Assembly: GCA_965285935.1 (NCBI GenBank)
Contig: OZ260666.1
Coordinates: 19,530,001-19,594,000, forward strand
Reading direction: 5' to 3'
DNA: 64,000 nt
From: Ophelia neglecta
Lineage: Eukaryota
Shown here: one piece after another, positions 51,531 through 64,000 of the stretch
Layout of the letters: each line of letters opens with the position of its first letter
How positions within the stretch are numbered: the first letter of the stretch is position 1
The notes under the pieces: model-generated
What the model was told of the DNA's origin: nothing
Database searches by the model: none
Seen by the model: the letters and a program-made list of their open reading frames with translations, nothing else
Program-made: the position numbers and the translations under genes

Positions 51531-54500
51531 CTATCATTCAAAGGTTGAGTTTGATTAGATTGATTTGGATAATATTCACAATATGAACTTAATATATATC
51601 ACTAGGGCAAATAACAAAAATACTTTTTCTTCAGCAAGGTGACATTGACACAAGAAGGTAATTTATGTCAATAGTAAGATATAAACACGACTTGGTTGAC
51701 TCAAAAATAAGAACCAATATCATTTACAAGAAAGAACACATCTCAAATGCTAATTATGAATAAAAAAAACATCGAAGAAATGTTAAATTATAGTAATAGC
51801 AGTTTCTAAGTTCCTGTTGGAATCGATGTACAAATTTGAGGCAGGTAAGCTTATTATATTAAAATAGACATGATGCTGACCACTATTGCATGTTCTTCCG
51901 GAGAACCCTGTGTCTGAACAATTACAGGAGAAGGACCCCTGTCCAACAACACACCTGCCTCCGTTTAAACAAGGAGCCGAGGAGCATGCGTCAATGGCTG
52001 GAAAGTCAAGTAATTTTCGTTAATTACGGTTTGCTGTACAAAACACATGTAAAATATAGTAATTTATGTTAATAATTTACAAAGTGAGGTCGGCCACTAG
52101 AAATCGATCTTAGAAATGTATTGTTGCTTATAAAATCGTGCAAATTATACAATCGCACAACGCTTCTTTTGGATGATTCAATAATATACCGCATGTCGTC
52201 AACATGCGAGAGATAGAAGGATTAGAAGGATTTCGACTACAATTGGTTGTTTTCACTAGCCACGACGACATACCTGCCGCATTCACGAGGATGCTCTATT
52301 ATACCCAATTAGAATAAATCTATCATTGGTAGACAAAATAACTTTAAATAGAACATAAACAATGTACCTGTCTGGCAGCGATCTCCTGTGTATCGAGTGT
52401 TTGTGCAATCACAAATAACAACATTATCTCGCACCTTACAAACACCTCCGTGCTGACAGAATGTAGACGTACATTGTTCCATTTCTGCGGGAAAATAGTA
52501 ATAACAATGATAATTATTAGCCACAAAAATTAGCAATAAAGTAATATCGCATATCTTTTCTTTATATGTCCAAGATAACAACCAATAACAAGACGGTCGT
52601 TGTATACAAGATGGCTTTAGGGCGTGTTATGAAACACTGGTTACATTTTGTACTACGGTATAAACACCTCTGTAAACGCATAGTTAATAAAGGCCAGTTG
52701 CCAATAAGTAAAATCGCGACAATTTTAGATTGGGGGTACATGCAGGTCTTCATTAACGTTTTAGGATCGCCCGGGCAGCCGGGAAAAATCAAGTATTGCC
52801 ACTGATCCACCCTCCAATTTCCGTTTGCATAATTTCAAAAAAAGGCCGTCATTTGCCATACCTGCTCCACTTTGTGCCAGGCACGAGTTAAGCATTTTCA
52901 TTTTCCGTGTCTCTTTATTGTTTCTTAATAAATAATCTTATTTTCTAATAGATTCAATACCGCCATGTTACCAATGTTCATTGTATTGCAACCATAAGCC
53001 CGTGTATCTGAGCGTTTAATTTCTTAAAGACTTGAACATAATACTGATGATTAAACGTCTGACACATCTATTATGTCCATAAAAACAAATTTGAGACGTT
53101 TTTTGAGTCAGGATATTTTTTCACATTTATAACTTGGTCGTTTGAAACTAACAATGGAAATTTAAGTCCAGACTTGTACCTTTTATTAGACATTAGGTGT
53201 TTGTTAATTGGGACCCCATGCCCTTGCGTTACCATCAACTAGGTCAACTATCCAAGCACCTCTGCCATTGTTCCTCATACTCAACCCAATTATTATTATC
53301 GTTTAAATGCTTATATTATTATTCCTATTATGATTGTTAATACGTTCCATTTGTTACCTTCAATCCAATCAATAAACCGAGAGACCTTCGTAAAAAGACC
53401 CGGCGCATATAAACAGGTTCCGCCAACAGTTCCTGGCACGCTGGCGATTCCATAGGCAACAAAACTCCCGTCGTCTCGGCGACATTGCAAACCTCCTCCG
53501 TAATCACCCTGAAACAATATAGTTAATTATAACTGGCCATATACGATAAACGTCCCTTTCCTCTGATTACACATATTTTTAATGTACCGTTTTGTACAGA
53601 ACCTACTTATTAGTTATATTATCAAAAACGGCATAAAAGTTAAACCTGATATTGAATAAATGTATCATGCTCAAGCTACATTGACAACACAACACTGCAC
53701 GTGGAACCAATAATACGGTAACGTTTTTGTGGTAAATATATTACTAACATGACGTGGAACAGCACCAAGGTTCATACATACAACACCATTCATTATTACA
53801 ACACCATTCATACATACAACAGTTAACTTTGAGTGACATATACAAATGCCCAATACCAAATTGAAATGTACACCATTCTATGTTCCAAAATATACTAGAG
53901 GGATTTTTTCTTTCTTCTTACCACACTGCCTCTCTGATTGGGAAATCGGGAAAATAATTTATCGTATAAAGCACTTTGGGCGAAACCATAGAAATTATAA
54001 CTACGTCACAAATGGATCTGTTTCTGTCTCCTGCGCACATCATGTTATCGTTGACATTGCCGCTATAATACTCAGGCAGGTTACACTCATATCGAGGGAC
54101 GAGAGGAAGGATGACTTCTCGGAGGATCCTATTGCTTCCCGTTCCTACAAATAACACATTTACTTCATTGTTTGAAATTTTAGATGCTAGCATGAATGCG
54201 AGAAACGAATTAAATGTATTCGGTTAATTTTGCCAATGTAACCGAGTAGGGATGTTTATTTATTAGGTATACTACTACCAAACGAAAGGGCGAAATGACA
54301 TAACGTACCTGACTATATCAAATTGTGCTTTAAGAACTTTAAAAAGGTTAAGTATAAAATTTGGTATCACCTTCAGTTTCTCCCCAGCCTGTGGCATAAC
54401 AAGAAGACTCAGAAGGCGGTTCCTCTCCTTTTGATGGCAGACAGATCGGCTGGACATAGTTATTCCAGTTCAATGGTGTGGTAAGTTGAATCATCGCAAT

Positions 54501-57500
54501 ATTACTGTCTAAGTAATTTACTAGTCCTTTATAATCAGGGTGAAGAATGATACGTGAAACAGAATATGTTTTCTGGTGAGAATCAAGCGTTGACAAATCG
54601 TGAAATCCTACGCCAATTTGACATTTAGATGGTATCAGATCCCTCCTGGCAATAACAACACGAGGTTAGCAAACAACCGTGTGACAGGGAAATTGGTGAA
54701 AACATGTGGACTAGGAATGCTTTTTATTCACATAACGCTGTCAGCTGATGAATTCATTCACTCAGTTAATCCGATTGAAAACAGATGAAATCACATTACT
54801 GAGAAACAATATATTTCTATTTTGTGGAACACTCAGTTAGGGTAACCGCTTGTTATTACCCAATATTGCGACTTTATTTCGAACATATTTACCATGAATA
54901 CCATTGATTTAGTCTGTAGAAGTACTAACTACATAATACTTACACACAAAATGCACCAGTGAGTATAAACTCCGAGGAAATGATAACCCCGGCACACTTT
55001 ATATAGTATGTACCATTCCCATATGTGTTGTAGCTGATTAAAGCGTGCCAAGGCCATTCCCCGTATGAACTGTCCTGTCCTCCGACAATACGTCCTATCA
55101 TAGACCCCTCCCCGGATCCTGCTGCCTCGTTCATTTTAATTTTACCACAGGACACGGCAGGTGTTTCTAAAAATTCCAAAGTGTTATATAAGGTGAAGTT
55201 TTAGGTACATTTACAAAAAAAAACGTTTGCCACACTACTTGAGAAAAAATGTTTGTCTTGCACATTGTGAAAAAATCCACCAAATGACTACACTAAAAAT
55301 TATACACTATATGTTGTGGCAAATCTCCAAGGAAGTAAATCAATAACCTATTATCCTGTTAATTTGTCTTATTTAGTGCCTGCAAAAAAGGATTATAAAT
55401 GACCTCACAGAAAGAAAAAGTTTGCAGGGGAATCATAAGAAAAAAAGTTGTTTGGAGGAGGCAAAATTATGTTTTGAAAAAAAAATCTCACCCCCCCCTC
55501 CCCCTACATTATCAAATGGTCGACCCCTAAGCATGGTAAGATGCTGTGCAAAAAGAAATATGCACAAGCGAAACAAAGCTCACAAAGGTTAGTTAGACAT
55601 GTTAGGCAAAATATATTGCATCATTATTGTTTGTCCCCTATGTCGACGAATTAGATGCTATTATGTGTAAGAAAGACAAACAATGTATTGAAAATACTCA
55701 ATATTCAAGTTAACATACTTTCTAATTTAGTCAGTACCAGATGCACAATAATTAATATATTGGACATTTTCTCACTCGGCCCTCATTTTGTACTTTTGTA
55801 CTGTGGATTCCTTTTTATCGTATAATGTAACATGGATGAAAGGGGCGCTAACTTAATGATACTTATATCGATTGAAAATAAATAAATTTCATTTCGACTG
55901 TGGCTCTACCATGAAGGCATCTTAAAAAGTCAAAGTAGTTTATACTCTAGATCCACTGAGCCCGGCTTCCCGAAACGGTCTCCGATCTTAATAGGATTTA
56001 TATCAGGACTAAAAGGGTTTGATCGGTCTAACTTGCTAAGTTTCTTCTTTAAATCTCGATTTGATCTTATACCGAGCCAATGTTGTAGTATACTGAATCC
56101 TGTGTAATGAGTAGGCCTCCGAAACACCAAATAACGGTCGCAGCTTATCATACTTATAACCCCCCACCCATGTTAACTCCCTGACTAGTAAAAAAATATT
56201 GACATCCAGATCACCACCAACACCTTTTTAGATTCTATAAAGAGTAACCTACATAAATATGTAAAGCAGTGTCCCCTCTCCTTTGACATCTCCCAGATAA
56301 TTTATTTCTATTGATAACCAGGCCAGGCTCACCCAAATATGGATACTTTCGTACTTTTAAAAAACCGCCTATTCATACTCCCAGGCTACTAAACATCCAG
56401 ACCACCGCCAACCAACAACTATTATTTCTGATAAAAATAAGCTATAAAAGTATTCAAACTGTGGCACCTCTCATATATTAACTCCTTGATATTTTGTTAT
56501 ATTGGCATTAGACCACCGTCACCTCAAATGTGTTTACTCTCATCCCTACAACCCACCACACATGCTAACTCCCAGTCGTCTAAACAGAATTGACATCCAG
56601 ACCACCGCCACACAACACCCGTAAATTCTGAAATGAGTAACCTGAATAAATATAAAAAAAAAGTAGTATCTCCTCTAGGTTAACTCCCAGACAATTTATT
56701 TTACTTCAATCAGACCACCGTCACCCCATATCTGGTAACTCTAATAATTTTAACACACCACCCATGCAAAGTGCCAGACTTCTAAACAATATTGAAATCC
56801 AGACCAAAGCAACCAAACTACATTTAATTCCGACACGACTTACATCATTGAATAATAAGGGAAGTGGCGCCTCTCGTATGTTAATTCCCAGACAACCTAT
56901 AATCTATATTGACATTCAGACCACCAAAACCCTTGCTGTCTTTCCTGTCATACTACCAAATCTCCCGCCATGTTAACTTACACAGTACTCAATCTAATTG
57001 ACATCCATACCACCGCCACAACAGAGCTTTTAATTCTGATAACTGTAAAAAATATTAATATGCAAAAAGTGCCATCTCCCCAAGTGTTAACTCCCAGACA
57101 ACTGACTTATGTTGACAGTCAGACCACCATCACCAAAGATGTGGTTACTCTCATACTTATAACCCACCACCCTTGCTAAATGGCCAACTACTAAACAATA
57201 TTGACATCCAGACCACCACCATCCCACATATGTTATATCTATAAAAAAAACCTATATAAATAAGTAAAACAGTGACACGTCTCTAATGTTAATTCCTTAT
57301 TTAGTCTAGCAGGGAGATAAATAAAGAACCTCTGCATATCTAACCAATCCTATATCGTACACCCATACAGCCATTAAAAAGTATAATAACAGGAGTGTAT
57401 ACCTGGCAGACCAAGCCAAATTACTAATTAAGAAGAGTCCATTGATCGGCTCAAAAGTATCAGGTACCAGCACCCACTGGCCCGCACATACATCAATACA

Positions 57501-60500
57501 TCAATCTGCAGCTTCCAAACAGCAAATTACCTTTTAATGCAAACACTAGAACATGTAACAATGACCAGTTGTATCTACCGTTCTGACAGCTAAGACCGGT
57601 GTATCCAGTTCCGGAACAGTTGCAGAAAAAGGCGTTTCCATAACTGGAACATGTTCCTTCATTTGAGCAAGGATTCGGTGAGCAAGGATCACTGTCTGAA
57701 ACGTGGTAATTTTGAGTTATAATTCCACATAGTAAAAAAAAACGAATTTTAATTTATAAATTGTATATGTCTATGGCAAATTTCCCCCCGTTAGATTTTT
57801 AAAACATTATGTATGTTGTCGTAGCCAACATTTGAATAATATTTGTGTTCTTTAACATACCTATTTGACATTTAGACCCCGAGTATCCTGTATCGGAGCA
57901 GTTACATGTGACCGAGATGGGATCCATGTTGATTATACAACCCCCTCCGTTTTCACATGGATCAGACACACAGGGGTCCATAACTAGCAGAATAAGCAAG
58001 GCATGTACCAAGTCAGTAACGAGTACAAGCGCACGTCTCACGTGCATTGTTATGATGATTGAATTGTACGACTAGAATTTATGAAAAACATTTGACATAA
58101 TTGCGGATAATGGAGAAATGCTAATAAAAATGCAAAAATCATAAGCCATTTTTACCCAGGAAGGTGCATGGTGGACGTGTAACCTTTATATCATCGATAG
58201 CAATATCTCCATCGTAAGCCGCCCCTCTTACGCCCTCCCAAGTGAACTGCATTGTATATACATGTACAAAGGAGTTTAATAACAACAACAAAAACAACAC
58301 ATGGTTATGAATCATACATAATGTCTATAACATGAAAGCAATTCAGGATTCCTAACTTAATTAGATTTTCCCCCCAAAATGTTGATTATACATGTCGATA
58401 CATTAAACTTAAAATGGTTTAAGTTAAATGTTTAATAGCAATGTTCATGCGACATGCGGGTAATGAATAAATAGGCAGAACTCCATATATTAAATGACTT
58501 AAGTAACATGGAGGTACTAAACAAGCTATTTAAATATGCCTTGGTGCAAATGGCCCACGAGACAAGGCAGACAGGTCATTAAGATGTTTGTGCGGAAAAT
58601 GCGTTAAAACTGATGGATGGGTGTTTATGTCAAGAGATTGGGCCTGCTTTTTTGCCATTTCCGAAATTCGCATTTCTTTAAGCAGACCTGAAAGACTAGC
58701 TAGTTTTGCGCTTATGTTATTTTCTTTCCTCTAACGACTGGTTATTTTTAAGGCATTCAGGACAGTCCAGGGACATATTGCTTTATTCTATAGGCCGGCA
58801 TGTTTTCTGGCCTAAACGGGTACCCCAAGCAATCATCGAATTATATTAATAGAAACGCTAGTTTGACAATATTATTATATATTCCCAATGACGCACACTG
58901 ACCTTCTGACCAGCGGAGACCGTGACTTGGGTACTCCATGTCTTCCAGGCATTCCCTTTGTTCCCTGTAGAACTCCAATTGTATTTCTGACCGGGGCCGT
59001 CCAAGTATAACGAGAGTCTCCCAACAGAAGAACCGTACATATGATAGGCAAACTCTACACACCAAACGGCACTGCCAGTCAACGAGGGCGTACTTAGTCT
59101 TATTATTGCGTGAAATCAAGAGAGAAATCGTAAATTATTATCAAACAAGTCTAGCTTATTTGCAAAAATAAACAACCTTCTGTACGGATAAATATTCGTT
59201 GGTCGATTAACATGCGGCTTGGCAAAGAAATGTAATGAATGGCCTTGCAATAAACAGAATAAAAGCAATAAGATCTTATTTGTATATAAGGAAAATGTGA
59301 TTTTGAACAATCGCGAAGGTGCGGAGGTCTCCATTACTTTTGGGGCTTTTTGCCATATAGCTGAACTTGTTTATAGTATGGTTGTCCCGCTCACCACAAT
59401 TACTGAAGCAATTTTTTGATTAGGTTGAGTCTGAAGCCCCTTTTACTTTTACGCGTTCATATCAGATAAAAGCACCAGTCCTTTGGAATCAAGCACATCC
59501 GAAATAAGCTTTGTTAACTGCAGTGGTCCAGATTACCGTACTAAGGATAATAACTGCTATTTGGCAATTGCTTCCAAAAACCGGTTGAGACCCTATAGGA
59601 TCTCCTCACGTTATGAATCATAGGTAATCATAATCATAGGTAAAGGTCCTTGTTTCCTTCTAGCTTTATAGCATGAGTAGTTGTGTAAGGACTGAACTAG
59701 CTGGAGTGTTGCGGAACAAATGTACCTAGCCTTGTCTCCTTGTTGTTTGTATGATGCTTCTAGATATACGTAATTCTGTGATCCTAAATGTCCAGAATCA
59801 GGGCCAGTATTTCGAGAAGGTGTAGATCCTCTCATGCGAAACCAATCTAATGTATCTGACTTGTCTTGAACCAAACTGCAGAGGTCATTTTCAAAATCGC
59901 AACTATATCCAGCTGCAAAGACAATAATCAATTAGAAGTGCTCTGTGTGCTGATAAAGTGTTTATACTCTGGGTCCGGTTCTGGAAGGAGCCTTAACTAT
60001 TAAGATAGATGCAAATCAGGATCAAAAGCTTAATTTTCCTTTAATTGCTAATCGGGGTTTTGTAAGCTAAATTCGGTCTTACACCTAACCATTTTGGTTG
60101 TACACGTAATTATGTTCAACGGAAATACACATTTATGCGACCGAAGCTAATCGGTGATAGTTTTATCTTATCCCTTAACATAAAAGCGCTTGCAAAAACG
60201 GGGCCCTGAACATTACACACAAGTAATTTTTTTGAACGATTATGATTGGTCATTGATTTAAGAACATCCTTTAAAGATTATCCCACGGCCCATTGATAAT
60301 AGTGTTACTTCCTGCTAACACAATGCTATTAGCGGTCACTTAATGTCCACGTTAGGTTGTTTTATTAATATCATAAACGTAGACATTGCACGCCACACGT
60401 TGATCAGTCAAGTTGTCCGTTAGAGGGGAAGTGGTAACGGACTGGGGGTTTATGCTGAATTTTTGCAAAACACCGACAATAGAGATCAGGATTTGTCTTC

Positions 60501-63418
60501 TTTCACATTTGTTTTAGAAAATGGAATGACTCTTGGAACAAAACAATAGTTAATAGTAGATCAAACCAAGCACCCTCTCATCACTCCCTGATAATCAAAA
60601 TGGAACCACTCTTATCTATTATTCGGTTTGTGTGAATATCATACAGCTTGTTTTTCATATATATATGCTTATAGCGTGATATAGTAGTGTGTCTATGATC
60701 CCTACAAAATTGGTATAGTTCTACCTGTAACAACTTACTGATAACAAAGTGAAATGGAATGTTCTCAAATTTGGAATTAATATAAAAATTATATGAAACT
60801 ATCCCTACCTATTTGAAACAATTAACCGTAAAATCGACAAACTATGGTTGCTAATTTAAATCTATGGAGAAGAAGTACTAACATTAACTCATACATAACA
60901 TGCAAGAATCTTGCCACACAAGATATTTCAGACAAACAAATTGAAACCTTTTATCGGGAAAAATGTGTATTGCGTCATATTTGTAATATACAGCTTTGCG
61001 AAATAGTATACAACTGATGTACCAAGTTGACATTCTGATCCAGAATACCCTATGTCCGAGCAGTCACAAGCGTAGGAGTTGCCTTTTCTCGAGCAGACGC
61101 CACCGTGAAGACATGGTCGTGAAGCACAGGGATTGTCCGCTGCATGACAAATAAATGATTTTGTTTGAGGATTGTAACTAACTAAAGCAATCCAGTCCCC
61201 GTGCAAGATGTAAAGCAAACCCTGATGAACTCAATATTGGGATTAATATAAATATGGTAATAAAGAACAAGACATATATGTAAATATACAATGACGGGTT
61301 CGTGAATCTAAGGGTATGGTGCGAAAAGAGTACCTCTCGCGTCTACAAAATGTTTACTGTGCGGGAGCTTTTGACTTGTTTATTAATGTTTGTGGGCTGT
61401 GTCTGCTGGTTGCTGATTTAATGCACTTTTCATTGATGTGGCCTTGTCTGGCGGGTATACACTCTCTTGTTTACTTACCAAGTTGACATTTCGATCCAGA
61501 ATATCCTGTTCTCGAACAATCACAAGAATAGGAATTGCCTCTCTTAACGCAAACACCGCCATGAATACACGGCTGGGAATCACAAGCATCGTTTTCTGTA
61601 TGAATAATAAACTTGCATTAAGAAGAATGTAACGAAATAAATACCCGAGTACCGTTAACTGTATTAATTTATTCTTGATCATTAATAACAATATCATTTG
61701 GGAAACAAATATGTAAATACAATTTCGTTTGTAGTACCTCAATGCTAAATACGAAAACAAATGTATTAAGTAACAATATGTCCTTCATCAAAAAAAAATC
61801 TACTCCTAATTTATTAATCTGAAGCTTCCAACTGACATATTGCCGGTTTAGAAAAGTTCCAGCTGGTAATCAACCCCTAACATGCAGACAAAGTGAATAC
61901 AGCGCGTTTTTACAAGTTTGCTAACGCATTATTTTATCTTGATCAGGAGTGAATTATACATGGACGATAGAAGTGTCCTACCAATATCACACCGGGGCCC
62001 ATTGTACCCTGAATTGATGCAGTCACAAGTATAGGACTGCCCGTTACTTAAACAAACACCGCCATGCAAACAAGGGTTCGGTGCACACGGACCAATTCCT
62101 GTCAAAAATGGAATGCATATTTAATGATTGTATTGCGGCATTTTTGGTTTAGGGAACAATATTGTAAGGAAATACTGATGTTTTAACAGCGGTTTTTATA
62201 CTTGTCAACAATAAAATATTTTTTTACACCGGGAAATTCTACGAACTAAATTAACATATGTGTATGATAGTCGGTGAAGGTGGTCAATTAAGTTCTAATA
62301 TATATGTTTATATAACCTTGAGAGCCGCATGGTCCAGAATCCACAGTTATATCATCCAAGGCCAAGTCCCCCTGGCCACCACTCCCTCGCACGCCCTCCC
62401 AGCCAATCTGCAGATATTAAAATATTTGATGAACAACTTTGCAAATAACTAGAGCAAAACAATAAGCATCGCGTGTAGTACAATATATTGTGGCCTATTC
62501 CAATGTTCGGGGTAAAACAAATGATAATATTCTGACTTAATCATGTGCCATTGATTTGCAAGAGGTCACTTTTATATTCTCGTACTCCTGCTCAGTAATC
62601 GTTGCCTAATTCAACTGATTGGACCTTAATCACTAATAAGTCGTGGGGAAGCGCGCTCGGCTCATTCCCTCTTGATTTTTTTCAGTGGTATCCGAGCTGC
62701 GCACTTCTATATTCCAGTCACATGCGGTTCAGACAGGGATTTAGACCCTCTTAACCATTTGTCTCGTTTTGCAAGCTTCTTGATATTGCGTTAGTACTAG
62801 TAATCTAGCAGTTTATGAGTGTATTCTCGCATATTGTAACACACTCTAAAAAAATTTAACAGGTTAATATTATTGTAGACTCGTTGCTTATTTTATTTAG
62901 ACAAGTACTGATTGCTGTAAACTGTGGCATGACACGGCAGATCTATTTTCTGACAAATCAGTGTACTATGTTTTTCAATGTCTTAAAAAATAGTAATAAC
63001 GCGACACTTTGGCATACGTCCCTTTTATAACGTACCATGAGACAAGTAAATGTGACTATAGTTTTTGCTAACGAAAAAAAATGGAAAGCCATTGCCTTTA
63101 CTATTATGGCATGTTTATAGAGGCCACCGTGTAGGTAAACCCTAAACGTAGGAATCAGAAAGTCTTAAACTTAGTTTACCAAAGCTCTTCTGGTCACCAA
63201 CACAGATTGAACTTACCTTGTTATATCCTGCTCCCAGGGTTACAGTTGTGTAGTACGTTGACCAAGACGTCCCCTTGTCACCGCTCTCACTCCAGATAAC
63301 AGACCGAGAAATCCCGGGACCCTCCTTGAATAGTCTCATTTCTCCCATCGACCTTCCGCGCATGTGGTAGGCAAATTCCACACAGTATGAGTTGCTTATT
63401 AAAGGTAGTGTCATTAAC
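50117..63418 (-). CDS. Gene B (5'-partial): paralogous MAM/EGF polyprotease with inactive + active S1 domains
   Basis: Exons: 63418-63217, 62407-62317, 62098-61982, 61595-61479, 61139-61023, 59912-59726, 59098-58903, 58246-58156, 57983-57861, 57695-57579, 55166-54944, 54645-54371, 54144-54005, 53508-53358, 52484-52368, 51997-51881, 51530-51317, 51082-50805, 50657-50512, 50266-50117. All introns are GT-AG and phases are compatible (1056 codons after the first split codon); it ends WIRKYV-TAA. The first visible exon is the middle exon of a MAM domain, so the gene continues beyond 64000. Confidence 0.9.
51881..52484 (-). CDS. Gene B two EGF domains between the protease domains
   Basis: 117-nt exons [21 protein letters not shown] and [20 protein letters not shown]. 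Confidence 0.92.
53358..55166 (-). CDS. Gene B catalytically inactive serine protease homologue domain
   Basis: GR|[14 protein letters not shown]; LTGAFC; DSNIAMIQL; CDGDYGGG. These are the same three triad substitutions as in gene A. Confidence 0.92.
53771..53821. repeat. 18-bp tandem repeat x3 (ttcatacatacaacacca)
   Basis: Directly visible; it explains the MNGVV repeats in the spurious ORF 53671-53859. Confidence 0.65.
56148..57296 (-). repeat. Second copy of the ~200-bp-monomer higher-order repeat, inverted and circularly permuted, in gene B intron
   Basis: 56148-56819 is the reverse complement of 19050-19716; 56837-57296 is the reverse complement of 19756-20214. Confidence 0.88.
57579..59912 (-). 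CDS. Gene B MAM domain + two EGF domains (counterpart of gene A MAM5 block)
   Basis: [10 protein letters not shown].., [49 protein letters not shown]; exons 187/196/91/123/117 nt. Confidence 0.92.
59972..60205. mobile_element. Degenerate PIF/Harbinger-like MITE in gene B intron
   Basis: CTG|ggtccggttctggaaggagcctt ... aagcgcttgcaaaaacggggcc|CTG; 3-bp CTG duplication; the TIR matches 16 of 25 positions. Confidence 0.45.
61023..63418 (-). CDS. Gene B partial MAM domain + three EGF domains
   Basis: [24 protein letters not shown] (202 nt), [15 protein letters not shown] (91 nt), three 117-nt six-Cys EGF exons. Confidence 0.9.
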
Positions 63419-64000
63419 CTAGGAAACAAATTCGATAAACACAGAATACAGTTCTAACTTCACACTGGACTGAAATAGCTTTAATAATATGATTAATAAT
63501 ATGTAAATGCTCCTATGTTATATCTGTTAAATAATTTTGAAGACTTATTTTTGAGTGATGTTGACCTCGTTATGATCGCGTTATCGGAGTTCAGGCCGCA
63601 ATTTTTTAAATCGATGTGTACACGTGTGTAATCTAATGAAATGAACATTCTACGAAATCAAATGAGAAGCCAAATATGGTATTAGTTACTTTGTGATAAC
63701 GGTTAGGGAAATTATTTACATTCGTGTTCAAATATTTCAATATTTCAATGCTAAAACAACCAGGATGGATATCGGAGACGACGTGGTCCTATTCGTCACT
63801 ATTTGCTTTTATATTGTATGGCAGCCATGGACGAACAAATATACTTTTTCTTTAGCTTGTTTTATGGCAATGATATTGGGTTTCATAATAAGACTGGAGA
63901 TACAGAATGTAATGACAAGTGTAGGCAACATAGATAGTGGAGCAGACTCGGTGGGCTGTCCATCCGGCTTGTGGTTCTTTACTATTATACGAAAATAACA

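Noticed and set aside
63693-63998. 101-aa plus ORF at the window end
   Set aside because: It has no recognisable domain and lies in the intron upstream of the first visible gene B exon.

Overview
This is AT-rich, intron-rich eukaryotic DNA from an invertebrate animal. A lophotrochozoan is plausible but cannot be proven from the sequence. The window holds two tandem paralogous multi-exon genes on the minus strand, each encoding a large modular 'polyprotease'. Gene A (44479->23311) is complete: 34 coding exons that I spliced by hand sum to 5136 nt (1711 aa + stop). Its architecture is signal peptide-MAM-MAM-EGF-MAM-EGF-MAM-EGFx3-MAM-EGFx2-[dead trypsin-fold domain]-EGFx2-[active trypsin-fold domain]. 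Gene B (63418->50117, 20 exons visible, 5' end outside the window) has the same 3' architecture. In both genes the first S1 domain has all three catalytic residues replaced (H57F, D102N, S195Y) but keeps a canonical R|IVGG activation site. The second domain has an intact triad with unusual features: E|IING versus R|LVNG activation sites, Thr189, Arg215 and an extra Cys pair. The MAM/EGF stalk shows ongoing exon birth and death: a 2.3-kb duplication, a half-deleted EGF exon, a frameshifted EGF pseudo-exon and a GC-AG intron. No gene was recognisable in 1-23 kb, which holds tRNA-derived SINEs, MITEs and minisatellites. A ~1.15-kb higher-order satellite unit occurs twice, at 19 kb and 56-57 kb, as inverted, circularly permuted copies. 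A decayed L2/CR1-type LINE lies in an intron of gene A.
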